A stretch of DNA of 64,000 bases from Tubiluchus corallicola (GCA_030141605.1 JAQGDQ010000371.1:1-64000); one strand, 5' to 3'. Counted from the first letter of the stretch, positions 24,201 through 37,690 are shown. The notes: generated from the sequence alone by a model not told the origin. Translations and numbers: made by a program.

Positions 24201-27200
24201 TGACCTATGAAAACACCTGTTGTAACTTTATTTCTACAATGTTTTTATATGAACATACAATTTACGCAAGCTATACTGTTATTGTACTACAATTCTTACC
24301 ACATTTTTATTATTTTTATTTTATGTATTGTATGTAAAAAAATCATAAATCATATAATTCAATTATCTTCAATGTCCAGCTAACAGCGTATTACTAACTC
24401 TATTACTTTTGTTTATTCAGTTGTATAGGAGTAAGTTGTTAGGGCTGCACTACTATAAACTAACAAATTTTCATAGCTATGCCTATGACTTTCTATTTGT
24501 ATTTATGCATTAAATGCAATCATATTAAAACACGTGATGAGCTAAAGTATTTATGTTGACTATAAATCATCATACTAATTACAAGTAAAAAGTCTTTGAG
24601 GACAAATATATCCAGAAGCTATGTAAGGTGCAGTGACTTGTTTGGATGAAAATTTACTAATTTATGAGTAACGTTTATTTGTCGTAAAGCGCTATTTTTT
24701 GATAACCGAAAGCATTTTTATTGCACTTTATGTATTCAAGATGTCACCCATGGTGAACATTTACATTTGACTGAAACCAGTTCCGTATTGAGTGAATGTA
24801 TTCATGGAAGAAAACACATGAAGAATATTAACCATAATGGACAGTTAACGCGCAGCAATCATACAGATTGGAATATTCTTATTACTTGTGTATTTATTCA
24901 GAACTTTGGACATGAATTAGATCAATTTTTAATGTGTTACGTATGAGTGCCTGTTTGGGAGTATATTTTACGTTTTGAGTGAGAGTATTTTAGTCTGAAA
25001 AAGTATTTGGTATAATACACCAAGCACTGAAACATTTCTCAAATGGTAATTGCATGCTAGCACCTATTGAAAAACAGATAAAATGCCCAAATAGTTCTGT
25101 GAACGTATGACCTGGTAGGAAAACTAAGTCCAATCTAGCAAAACCTGGTAATAAAGTATATTCTGATATTTAAAAAGTAAAAGTGGTAATGCACATTAGA
25201 ATTAAACCATGGTATAAGAAATAAAAATGACTGCAACATACGTGCAATGTGTTTTTAAAAATTGGTTTTATCGTGAAATTACATGCTGTTGCAGTCTGGT
25301 GGTGATATGTCAAAAAAGTGGGAAATCTTTTGCCGCTTAGCACTAAATTAGAGGAACTCGAAGATTTCAGCATATGAAGAGCACCCGTATTGCTGTTTGC
25401 CAGGAGGCAATTTTTAACTCATTTAGCAATAAGAACTTAATGCAGTGTCAAGCAGGTGTTTAACATTTAGAACGGTATATTATTTGCAATTAGTATAATT
25501 CGAAACATTTATATTTGTACTTACTCTATGCGATATGGCAGTATTATATGTAATTATTTTGTTGTTGTTATTTCAGCCTGATCATCGCTGCAATATCATA
25601 AATAAACCACTTTGATTGATTCAGCAAAAACTTCCATAGTTATTTATAAATACCTTTGGGTACCAGTGAGAATCACTGCACTAGTAAAAACTACAAAAGT
25701 TTTTGAGCAGCCAATAACGGGAAGAATGTTGTAAAACTTTTTCTTGTTTGGCTGTACATTAAACTAGATTATGAGCCAGCGTGCAGTTGGCATTATTTGC
25801 AGTGATCTTTAAAATTAAATGAAAACTACTTGTATTATTAATATTATTGGAAACCATTATGAAATACGAATAAAACATCACAGAAGCGTGGACGTTTTAT
25901 TACACTCATTAATAACAGTTGATAGCCAATCTGATGTTGCGTCATTTATCAGACTTTTCATGTCCCTTCTGCAACTCGCTGAATTAAAATACAACAGTTG
26001 CCAGAATGTATAGCTACAGTAAAGGTGGAGGTACAGGTAAGGAAAAGATTGTCACCCCCTTTCCACCTCAATCTCCACCGCTACTTATGACAGTGAAATC
26101 GAAGCAGCTTCTTTCTCCTGTTTCGCAGCTGATTGATTGATTAATGTCACAATTAGGAGAGTCTGCATATAGACACACATAACAGCGCCTCTGCCCTTAC
26201 GTCATGGAGAAATGATAGATAATGCCCACTGTGCAGTTATTTGACCAGGCTCACGGTTATTTGTTGGGACAACACAATGCCGACAACCGGGACTAAAGGA
26301 CGCAGTTATTAGTTTGGTTGGTCAAACACAGTGTTGGGAATTTTATCCTCGCACCATAACAGAGTCAGCAAAGCTATATTAGAAAAATGACCAGTATTCC
26401 GCAGATATGTAAACAATCGTGTTTATGCACTATTTCTTTGCAAGTAAGAAAAACAACCCATTGCAAACGTGAATATTAAAAAACAGATGAAAGAGAGACC
26501 CAGAGCTGTCGCAAGATAATTTATTTTTTTTTCATAACGACAAGAATGAGTGTTTTTAAAATGTACTGCAAGAATGAAAACTTCCACCACCAGGGGGAAA
26601 TCACACAAATAGTCAATAAATATATTCAGCACAATGATGTCTTAAAAACTAAGAGCTTATCTGTATGAAAAACTTTGTACACTTTTAACTAAATTAATTA
26701 ATTAAATTTAAAAGTAATTAAATTTTGCAAGTTTTCTTACTACTTAAGTAATACAAAGACGTAACTGATGAGATAAGAACGTAAAAAGTAAAAAGAAAGC
26801 GCAGAGTTTAATGAAGAAAGAACGAAAAGTATTTTCCAATTATTTGTAAAGACAACAGCTACCAGATTCTTTAAATTTTTCAATATTCAATATGTACGTT
26901 TTTTTTGTTTTTCTTATTTGGCAGAAAAAGTCTGCAAAACTCGTTGTGTGGTGTTCGTTCCTCTGCACTCGTGCCCATGTTTAATCTAAAGATACATTCC
27001 TTAGGGATTTACGTTGCAAACAGGAACACGCCAAAGAACTGAGTAGGGCCAGTATCCATACTTTTTAAATTCGTTTCACGGGTATTTTGTTCTGGCTAAA
27101 ATAGGAGCAAACCTCTGAACCGATTACGAAATGAGGAGTCCAGGTCAGGGCGGGATGGTATGATTGCGGTCTTGTTAAGAAACTAGATTTGTTGGAGGTA

Positions 27201-27730
27201 AGCTGGGCATCAAAACGTCGACGGTTTCTTAACAGGAGGCATTTAGTGCACCAGAAACTTCATATCTAAGACGAGGAATTTCAATTAGTGTAGGAATTCC
27301 AGTGGGAAAGAATGTACTCTTTATTGTGTACACGTTAATTTCTGAGCGCACAGGACAAAATGGTCACTAAATTCAAATAGATTTCATTATTTTTTTATTA
27401 TCTTTTTTCCTTTGATGGTCCTTAATAAAGAGTTCGTGGGGCTCCCGACAACATACTTTGTATGTGTTAAATCAAGTGCAAGTTTTATGACTTACTGAAC
27501 TAAAGAATTCTTGATTTCTTTTCTCATTTAATTGTAATTAAATCAGAAATTTGGTTTCATAATTAATAAAGTAAAAGTAATTATTATAGTGGAAAATTTA
27601 TTACGTGACAATTGGTACTTTCTAGCAGCTGATGTGAAAATCAATTTCTGACAAGATAATGTCATACTCTAGATGAGGTGGGTTCATCAGTTTTATTAAA
27701 TGAAATGTTAATATAATTAGGGGTGAGAAG

Positions 27731-27960
27731 AAGAGCTGAGCGGTAATGGCGTGTGCTTAGCGACCGAAGTTAAACAACGCTGAGGCTGTTCAGTGACTTG
27801 TCTGTGACCGCCGAGATCAGTACTTGCTCTGAGAAGTTTCGTTCGCCATGTCCATTCTGATTGAATACCTCATTGGAGAAGGACGAATTTGCCTCCAAAC
27901 AGCCAGGATCCCTGCCAGTTCCAATTTCTCAACTGAAAGAGTTATACGTGATAAAGGACC
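27731..27960 (+). mobile_element. Degenerate composite SINE with tRNA-like A-box head and partial 5S rRNA segment
   Basis: agctgagcggtaatggcgtg (tRNA D-arm-like) is joined to accgaagttaaacaacgctgag...gtgaccgcc (5S box A to box C region; compare 37225-37275). 3' boundary uncertain. Confidence 0.55.
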
Positions 27961-30900
27961 AGATTCTGCGCCACCATAAGCATGCAAAACAAGCTTCTGG
28001 TACCATCACAGTCACATTTACTGAAATGTTTGTGAATCTAAATTTCTTTGTGAAAGACCGAGAACATCTGGGACTGGGTTCGAATCCGACGGTCTAAATA
28101 TTTAACAGTAACGTATAAGGTTGCGATCCGACCTCTTACTTCACCATAAATTGAGTTTTTCTCAATCAAAGTCCAGTTGATTGACGGCTATTACTAATCA
28201 AGTGTGGACTGGTGCACAATTCACACTAAACGTACATTATTACTCGTAATTTTACAGAATATTAACCAACAAGGTGATTCCGCTTGAGTCTTCCATATAA
28301 CTGACAGTGTTTCCTATTCAGTTTAATTAATGTTTAATCGAAAAGCAGCAAATAACTTGGCGCAATGAATTTCATGCAGTGCAGCTGCGTGTCATGCGAT
28401 ATTAAACTGTCGCATGCATCAAACACAATAGCATCAGAAAGAGTTAAACTTTACCTGTTATCTGATTGGTTGATTCAATGGAAAAAGTACTAATATTATA
28501 CAAAAGGGTATCATAAAATGATTACGCTTAATTCAAGCGTGTTGCCAAAAGTTTTTGGCATTTGTTCGAAATTTGCTTCCTCGTGTGACGCCTCCATATT
28601 TTGTGCGCAGTGCAAAGCAGTATGATAAAACACCTGCGGGTTAATATACATCTGTGGAATATCAAACTGGGCTATAATTGTGTTAAGACACCATGAATAA
28701 TTCATAATTCGCAGAAGACGTAAAAAATTCGCTTAAAAGCTTTTCAGAAAAACCGATAGGGCTGGTTGAAATAAAATAGTTTAGTCGAATTAGGCGAGTT
28801 TACGCGAATGACCTGCTCTATTCAAGAAATTAATGCGTAGTTTCACAATTTGCTGCTTGTTTATGGCGTTGACAAATGTTAATGTCCTGAAAGGAAATGT
28901 TGTGCGAGATGTCGACAGACAATTTTTCAGAAAGGCAAGAATATCATGAATTCAAGAACGGTGTGAGATTTCGGAAACGTAACGATCCATAGAAAGAGGA
29001 TATTTTTAGCCTTCACACTAATTATAGCGCCCAGTTAACTTGTACTTGCTAGTACTTGTACTGTTGTCTAGGCTGGTTAGTTTGCAACTTTATTTTAGCA
29101 ATTATTTATATCTTTTCTCCAGTATTTTTTACGTTTCTGTCAAACTTTTTGCTTTCTGATGACGACCTCACGTCAACGCCACCTGTAGTAATTTTTGTTG
29201 GTTGGAATTAGTTTATTTGTAGCTTCTAATATCTTTCTTGAGAGAAGCTAAACTCTCTACACATAATATATGTACGGACATAGACATGCACAATATGCAT
29301 ATGCCTTTAATACACTTTGACAAAACATCTACAGTACAATGTAAAAATCGAAATTTTATTAAATCTGCAGAAACTTATATTGTATAGACATGAAATATGT
29401 AGGTAATCAAAAAATGCTTAAACAGTTTATCGTATTGAAAGTGGTTATGTGATTCAGGAAGTGGGCATCAATCAGTTTCAAGGAATGCTTGGTCGATTTC
29501 TCTTCCTTAAGGTAAAAGTTGCTGCCGCAAGGGGTAAGGTAATGCTTACCAGCTCGCTAATCATGGTTTCGTTAGCCAATACTAAAACATTCTTAGAAGT
29601 TTATAATGTACATGACAGGAATTCTCTGGGTAATCATTATGATTAATAATGGATCACGTCATAATTCAAAGTAATAGGTTTTCAATGCTGATTAACATAT
29701 GCTGATTCTAATGACTCTGATTTGATAAACACATTGAAACATTTAGGAGTCGAAATTGAAAAAGTCGTTCAAGACTTGCATGCACGCACTATAAGATCTG
29801 CACGAATATACAGCTTACAACTAGCTAAATATTTAAGCAAAGATATGACAAAGGAAGCAAGACTTGTTTGCAGAAGAACCAATGAAGTCCTTCCGTTTAA
29901 GAAAAAGTGCTGTACAAAAAAAGTAAAAAAAATCCAACCCGATGCTATTATCACCCAATAGCCTCAAATTGTTTTTTAACTTGGATGTGTTAGTACCCAA
30001 ATTATTTTAATAAGCACGCTAAACAAACGTGCCTTTTATGAATGAAAAGAGTCAATACAAATATTCTGGCATCTGTCACATGTATGTTTCGAGAAGGATG
30101 TATGTTTCGCGGAGGAATAAAACCTGGAAAGATCCTGCACGGTTGACAGGATACGCCAATGTGTACACATCGCGCCACGAATCGAATGCATGCCTATGCT
30201 GAGGCGTGATAATGTAGAACCAAAGCGGTGGTCAATACATGACCTTGTTACTGGCACTTGGGCTAAAGCAGCAGACTAGCCAAATCGTGTTGAGTATTAT
30301 GTCGCATTAAGCTCCAGACTGCATAATATTGTCTGGGTCAACACTCGAGTGAGTGGCGCACCGCAGCGTGGTGCTCACTCTCCCCGGGAGAATAGGATTA
30401 GCGCCCGAGAATTTCACATCTTGTTCTTATCCTTTGAGCGATAACACCATTTTTTCATGCGACTGGGTGTTTTTTACAAATGCTTTTTAATAGTTTACAT
30501 AAACTTACAATTTAAAACTAAAAAACCTGCCCTTGTATAACTATACTGATTTTTTCTGAGGTAGTTAAATATGTGTACATGTTCACTTGCTACACAAACG
30601 AAGTCTAGGACCATTAATTCAATTAGATGTGTCCATATCCGCTTTTAGTAATACTTGGTGGAGAAATAGGAAGAAAATGTGATTTCTATTTTTAGTGGTT
30701 CCTCACTGTACAAGTAGTATGGCTTCCGTGAGACTTTATTTGTTGTATGTGTGGTTTTTGTTGTTGTTTATACTGCATGATTTGTTGCTGCTGTTATCTC
30801 TGATGGTGAGTATTCATGCCATTATTATTTATTATTATGAATCAAACTATTGTGTGTTTTGGGGATTATATTTTCAATTTCTAAAGTAGATCCATTCTGC

Positions 30901-31020
30901 TTTTGTTTCTAGATTTTGATCGGTTGGGGTTGGCTGCTAGGACAGCCTAAACACCCAGAATAAATTTTATGGCTATGTTTACTGCTTTATTGGTGTTATA
31001 ATTTCCAAGAGAATCTGCCC

Positions 31021-31917
31021 AGCTGATGCTGTCTCTACATAAGTCATATTTGGAAATGTCCAGCTGATGAGTCTTCATGTAGGTAATGCCTTAAAATGTT
31101 CTACTGATGTTGTCATCATGTAGGTGATGCCTTAAAATGTTCTGCTGATGTTGTCTTCATGTAGGCAATGCCTTAATATGTTCACTGATGTTGTCTTCAT
31201 GTAGGTGATGCCTTAAAATGTTCAGCTGATGTTGTCTTCATGTAGGCTAATATGTTCTATGATGTTGTTTTGTAGGTGATGCCTTAAAATGTTCAGCTGA
31301 TGTTGTCTTCATGTAGGCAATGCCTTAATATGTTCACTGATGTTGTCTTCATGTAGGTGATGCCTTAAAATGTTCAGCTGATGTTGTCTTCATGTAGGCA
31401 ATGCCTTAATATGTTCTACTGATGTTGTCTTCATGTAGGTGATGCCTTAAAATGTTCAGCTGATGTTGTCTTCATGTAGGCAATGCCTTAATATGTTCAC
31501 TGATGTTGTCTTCATGTAGGTGATGCCTTAAAATGTTCAGCTGATGTTGTCTTCATGTAGGCAATGCCTTAATATGTTCTACTGATGTTGTCTTCATGTA
31601 AGTGATGCCTTAAATGTTCAGCTGATGTTGTCTTCATGTAGGCAATGCCTTAAAATGTTCAGCTGATGTTGTCTTCATGTAGATGATACATTAAAGCGTT
31701 CAGCTGATGTTGTCTTCATGTAGGCAATGCCTTAATATGTTCTACTGATGTTGTCTTCATGTAGGCAATGCCTTAATATGTTCTACTGATGTTGTCTTCA
31801 TGTAGGTGATGCCTTAAAATGTTCTGCTGACGTTGTCTTCGTGTAGATGATACATTAAAATGTTCAGCTGATGTTGTCTTTGTGTAAGTGATGCTTTAAA
31901 ATGGTCAGCTGATGTTG
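31021..31917. repeat. Minisatellite, 41-bp unit, ~22 copies, alternating dimer structure
   Basis: Unit gctgatgttgtcttcatgtagg(tg/ca)atgccttaa(a/t)atgttca; degenerate copies at both edges and near 32130-32300. Confidence 0.97.
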
Positions 31918-33494
31918 ATGTTGGAACCAAGATATAAAGTATAATCCCTAAAAATGATATAATAAACAGATGCTTACATGTTTCTCGTAACAAGGTAGAA
32001 ACAGCCAGACCAATATGGCAGCAAAACTACTTTTCCTAGAAGTTACCCATCAAATTACTCATCAGGCTCAGCATACACTGTGCTTAATCGGCTATTATTA
32101 TCCTTGAAGAGAAATGTCTGAAAGTGTTTAGCTGATGTGTCTTGTGCAGGTGAAACATGAAATGTTGAAATGATATCATACTTAAAGAGGTAAAGCCAGA
32201 GAGAGTTTCTTAATATTGTCGCACAGTGCAGCTGATGCAAGAAAATGTTCAGCTGATACTGCAGACATTCATGCTAACGGTGCTTGATATTGTTCTTGTG
32301 CAAGTGACTGTTCAAATTAAAGATGCACCTTGCGAACACAAACTAATATGATTATATCACTGGAATTGCATACGTAGTCGTAGTGATAACTTGTATTGTG
32401 GTAAGATTTGTAACTAGAAGGGTCCCAAAAAGTGATTCTTGGGAATATTAAGAATTTAAAGAGAGAGGCTCTTCGTATAAGACCAGTCCAACTCGTTTTA
32501 AAATATCCCTATTTGTATTTGACATACAGTGTCTGTTTGTATCTTACATACAGTATTATGATATATCATATAATGACAGGATAATAATTATGCTACGGCA
32601 TATAAATATCTATGCAGGTAACAAGCAAAGCAAAATCCTGTATATACTCACGGCATTTTTGTGTGGCAACGTCATTTATACAGGTGAGGCAACAACATTC
32701 AGCTACTCAAGATTCTGCAAAGCAAAGAAATGCAAAAATCAAAATAATGCGAGTTGGCAAACGATAATAATAAATAAGCAACATCTGCAAAGAAGCGTGT
32801 AAAAGAAATGTTGGATGGCATGCATGATGCACTAGCAGCAGCAGCAGCAGGGTGGAATTACGGTGTATAAGGAGTATAATTATTGCAAGTGGAAAGCTGA
32901 CAACAGATATAAATTTGTCATCTATGACAGGATGTTGAAAGCAGATATGAAGCATTGAAAGTCACAGTAGTGTTATGATTTCATGAGATTGTTGTAAGTT
33001 TGGTGTAGAAAAACACTATTAGATCGCAAACGAACTACACAAGAAAATTCACTTATACAACACCTATGAGCCTGCAATCAGTTTAAATAAATTATGAAAA
33101 ATTATAACTTGCTCCTTTGGTGTAGGCTACTGAAATCTTCTGCATTATTTTAGTCCTGGGTAATAAAATTATAAATTTGCAAAATAATGAACTATAAAAG
33201 CAGTGAGTCAATGAGCTGAGCATTACCCAGTATGCATAGCTACTAGCACAGCTCAAACAGAAAGCAATTTACATACAATGCAAAATGAGATGCCAAAAAC
33301 GATGCATGGATATGATGAATGTATGAATATTGTCTACTTGTTGTAATAAGCTGTTGACTATGCTCTATACAAAAATAACGCAAACAATTTGAAAGTAGTT
33401 AAATTTATTTGCATATTTGTACTTTGTAAACAGCCATAATACAAAATTTGCAAAGAGTTACTAAAGCAATTCAAGCAATAGATTTGGCATAACA

Positions 33495-33570
33495 GCCTGA
33501 TGGCTAGCACATCTTAATGGCAAAGTGTAGGTTCCGGGTTCAATTCCTCAGTTGGAAGAGCTCTGATTTT
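33495..33570 (+). mobile_element. Degenerate tRNA-derived SINE head
   Basis: A-box-like agcctgatggctagc and B-box ggttcaattcc; no proper cloverleaf. Confidence 0.35.
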
Positions 33571-34444
33571 TCTTTGCCAATCTAAGGAACAGTTTTCCAG
33601 GCTATAACTAAACAACATTTCTCTGTTCATGTGAGAAAAACAAAAATTCAAGTGACTCAATAACTAAGTATGTCAAAAAATTTCAGAAGGCAAAAAATTC
33701 CTGCATTATAAAATTTAGGCAACAACTAACAGCGATGTTCTTCCACACTCTTTGTTATGCACACTCTCCAACCATTAGTACCTTAAATCCAATGAATATT
33801 TATAATAATATTTTGAATTCTCACTCTCAAATAAATTACCATACAATGAATAACGGAAAAACGAAAATTGGCTAACAGAACGAAATGAAGGATTTATTTA
33901 GTGCGTCATTCTTTTACTGGTGAGATGTGTTTTTTTATTCCTACCAAACAAGGTTAGGTAATCAATCGTTCAATGGTAAAAGAAAAAAAACTTTCAATCA
34001 AGGCTCGAGAATGTGAATGTCCTACTGTAAGTAATTAGAGATACGGTGAAAGATATTTGGAACCCTGGCCCGCCTGTCCCAATATTTTGGCAGTTACGGT
34101 TTGCAATTATTGCAAAGAAACACAGGAATTGATCGCAAGAATGCTCTACGTCAACAAAACCCCAACAAAAGAGAGTTGGTGACACCAAAGACCACCCCCA
34201 ATGTTGTATGCAGTATTAGATTCTTATGAAAGTTAAGATTAGCAGTGATGATGATGATAAAAACACCTAGCAATAGTGTCTCCTAAGTAGGTTATAATAC
34301 TACTGAATTTGATGACCTGTCTGATGGTCAGGTAAGGATTTCAATTTCGATGATCTGCACGTGGTAACGCATTTGCCTCATAAACTGAGCGAAGGGGACT
34401 TTACTAGGAACGCTGTATAAACCAATTATCTGTCGTTTGGTTAT

Positions 34445-34929
34445 TAGGGGTGAGCATTCTCTACCGGAAAGCGAATTCGAATCGAACCGAATTTGTGACT
34501 TTCGAAATCGAATCGAGCCGAACTTCAGTGTTTCGAATTCGAACCGAATTCGAATTGAGATCGAAAGATTTTCGAACAAGTTTTCGAACCACCAGCACAA
34601 ATTAGTCTTACAAAGATCATGCATATCACTAGATTTTGTTCTGCAATAAAACGACTAGTAATTTCTTTAAAATTGTGTGCAGAAATCACAGCTAAATTAT
34701 GCTAATTGCATGATGTTTCAATCGTTTTAGTGATAAAGAACATGTGTGATTGAACTGCTGAATTATTCGAATCTATAGTTTTGGATTCGAATCGAGTTCG
34801 AACTAAAAAAACTCGTTCGAATCGAATTCGAGCATTCGCTGCTACGTGACGGGTCTAACTTATTCTCGAGACAAAAATGACGTCATTTGCGAGACAAAAA
34901 TGACGTCGAACGTTCTATGCTCACCCCTA
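34445..34929. mobile_element. Non-autonomous hAT transposon (MITE), intact
   Basis: Perfect 13-bp TIRs taggggtgagcat / atgctcaccccta; perfect 8-bp TSD ttggttat (34437-34444, 34930-34937); subterminal arrays of ttcgaa/atcgaa. Confidence 0.93.
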
Positions 34930-35014
34930 TTGGTTATGCATATCTTCCAAGGAACCTTGATTAATAAAAAGCCTGCAGAGATTAGGTATACTTAGCAAGA
35001 AAATTGGCCATTGC

Positions 35015-35480
35015 ATTATGGGTCACAGTATTTCGGTGGGTCACATTGCGTGTGGATCTGAAACCTGACCTACGTGACCGAAAATAGTCATATTGTAAAG
35101 AAACGTTTGAAATCAGTTATTTTAAGTGAAACCTAGAATAAAAAATAAAGCTGTCTATAAAACACGAATTTGATTTGATAACTGCTGTTGAAGTTTTATC
35201 ACTGCAGTGACTGTACCATTCAGAAGTGGCTGTTATGCTCTCTGAAATATGTGACATTCAAGTAATGCAGGTGTCCATTGTTTATAAATTTGAATGAGTT
35301 TGCAGTTATTCAGAAACTTATACTGTACAAGTCTGCAGAAAAATTTTAAGACCACCAGACCACAGCACAGTACTGTTAGAGCGCATGTCATTTTATGGCT
35401 GATGGGTCATGCGTGTGGGTCACGGTATCCGTGAGTCAAGTGGTTAATACGTTACCAAGTGTGACCCATTTCCAGCTCTG
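35015..35480. mobile_element. hAT-like remnant with gggtca subterminal repeats
   Basis: Clusters of tgggtcac/gtgaccc near 35018-35080 and 35403-35468; right end reads cagagctggaaatgggtcac on minus. No matching left TIR or TSD found. Confidence 0.4.
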
Positions 35481-37180
35481 GCAGGAGACATAAAAAGAAC
35501 TGAAAAGAGAAACGCTGGAAATTTTGAAAAAAAAAACGTACAACGACTTGAACTCTGAGCTTCTGCACTCGGAAAAGATATATGAGTTATATAATGCATA
35601 TATGCGCATAACACGGACGTGTAATTTATAACTTGAAGTACCGCTAAACTTTAACGTACTGAAAGCTGTATTATTGACCTTAAAAGGAAAGATAAACGAT
35701 TTTACAACTCGTGAATATAAATGTAAATACGCATAAACGACGTTAAACATGAATAGGTTTATGTATAAAATGCCCAGTTCTTAGTCACAAATTCACTGGC
35801 TAGAAAATACAATACAACGGCTTTCGTTTTGATCGAAGAAATTGATTAAACCTTGATGAAGCAACTTTTGAATCATTCCTCACGCTGCATATTATTAAAT
35901 AATAACAAGACATAATAATGACATTAGGATTATTATGAAGCGTTCATTACATTATCATAATGTTTGAAGATCTAAGACAAGCTTTTCCTATTACATAATT
36001 TTCAAAAACGCTCTGTTTTTATTATTACGATCAACTATAGAGTTGGTTTTGATTGAAAAATAAAAACAAGTATATTGCAGTTGATTTTCCTAGTATATAT
36101 ATATGAAACAGCGGTTAATATACCTACGTATTGTACGTCTACACTACATAGCAAAACCCATCCTTTAGGCAAAGACGATAGGTATAATTTTCGCTGTACC
36201 TCTAACACAACAAATGCCCATAGGTTTTCACCATTATTGTTTAGTACACAATGCTGTCACAACAAAATGCTGCTTTTCAACTCTTTGCCCACGAGAAATA
36301 ACAACCTACTGCCAACAATCCCACACATCCGAAATACCTGTTTCGTTCTGCCTGTCCCACGACCTTTGATTTTTTTTTACATAGCCTCAATAAGGCGCCA
36401 GAAAAAACCGCACGTTGGGTAAACAATGAATATATTTGCATACGATTTCGTGCATGTTTTATTGCGCGTATATGCAAGAGTTACTACTTAGTTTTGTGTG
36501 TACACCTGAGAGCGAATTGTGAATGATTATACCTGTTTAGTGATGTCTGTACCGTGACTGCATCGTCATGCATATTCCGCTTATATGTAAAACACGTATC
36601 GCACCACTGCACCTGTTCGACTGTTTAATTTTCCATACAATTTATGCCAATTAGCACCTTTGCCAACTGTCCACGGTATCAGAAATGGTACGCAAAACGA
36701 AGGTACTTCTCAAACTGCTCAAACTGTCGCTATTGTGTACATACTTATGTAAGTGTATACAACACACACACACACGCACACGCAACCATTGCATAGTAAT
36801 CCAACATAATTCCTGATGCGCATTAACCCATGAAAAATAAGTGAATACTGTCTACTGTGCCAGTTTAAAAGGGGGCGGGTTTATAAAAACTCACTCCTTT
36901 TATCGGCAAGCATGCGTTTTTCACTGGTCGCTTTGAAATTTATCTTTTTGGCGAGTTCCTTCAAGAGGGATTAGGAAATAGACGTCTGACTGGGAAAATA
37001 AACAATGAACTCTGCACTAATACTAAAATCAGTTTTTGTTTCGACTAGCACGACCACTCTCACCTTCAACAATCGGCTCAAGCGTAGGAATATTGGCAAC
37101 AAAATTAAATAATCTTTCTTTATATAAAGTTGCTAGCAAATTAAAATCAAATCTTTATATCGTTATAATATAAGTAGATA

Positions 37181-37690
37181 GAACTAGGCCAAATCACGTT
37201 GAAAACACCGGTTCTCGTCTGATCACCGAAGTTGAGCAACGTAGAGCCTGGTTAGTGCTTGGATGGGTGACCGCCTAGGAATACAGGTGCTGTAGGTCGT
37301 AGGCTGTAGGTGCCCACACTGTATCTCGACACTAGCGAAGGAGCTGTACAAGCAGCCAACGGCTAGAGGGCGGAGGAGGTCAAGTGATCCAACGGCCATG
37401 TGTAGAGGAGTAAACCTTCCAAATCAGGAGTGGAGCCCCGAAGGCGGACCAGTGCAGCATGCTCAGCGCAGTGCAGTGCAGCTCCTGCAGCCAACCTGGT
37501 GCCAAACGTATCGCTCAGCTTTCCTTTGGACTACACCAGGGAGGAAGAGAGGGGGTTCCTGCGGTCTGGGCAACTTGGGGACATCCATACACCTTGCTCA
37601 GGTGTGCGCCCTGGAGACGTTCAAGGATCGGACTCTCTTGGCGCACATTCCATTGTCTTCCGAGACAAAAGAATGCCAACAACAACAACC
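37181..37690 (+). mobile_element. Full-length 5S rRNA-derived SINE (SINE3) with RTE/BovB-like body and (CAA)n tail
   Basis: 5S head, GC-rich body, 3' end ccattgtcttccgagacaaaagaatgccaacaacaacaac, 11-bp TSD ataagtagata (37170-37180 and 37691-37701). Confidence 0.88.
37182..37298 (+). pseudogene. 5S rRNA-derived sequence (SINE head, not a canonical 5S gene)
   Basis: atcacgttgaaaacaccggttctcgtctgatcaccgaagttgagcaacgtagagcctggttagtgcttggatgggtgaccgcctaggaatacaggtgctgtagg closely follows metazoan 5S rRNA. It has several substitutions and no oligo-T terminator after position ~120. Confidence 0.9.

Noticed and set aside
29149-29185. CTGATGA hammerhead-ribozyme core (also near 26765, 45995 on minus, 60945)
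   Set aside because: No stem II closed by GAAA and no pairing stems I/III at these sites.
29722-29961. ORF with LKHLGVEI, reminiscent of a reverse transcriptase YLG motif
   Set aside because: No other RT motifs nearby.
31021-31917. CRISPR-like regular repeat
   Set aside because: Contiguous tandem units without spacers, in a eukaryotic context.
37182-37298. Functional 5S rRNA gene
   Set aside because: Single copy, substitutions in conserved positions, no oligo-T terminator, and enclosed with a retroposon tail by a TSD.
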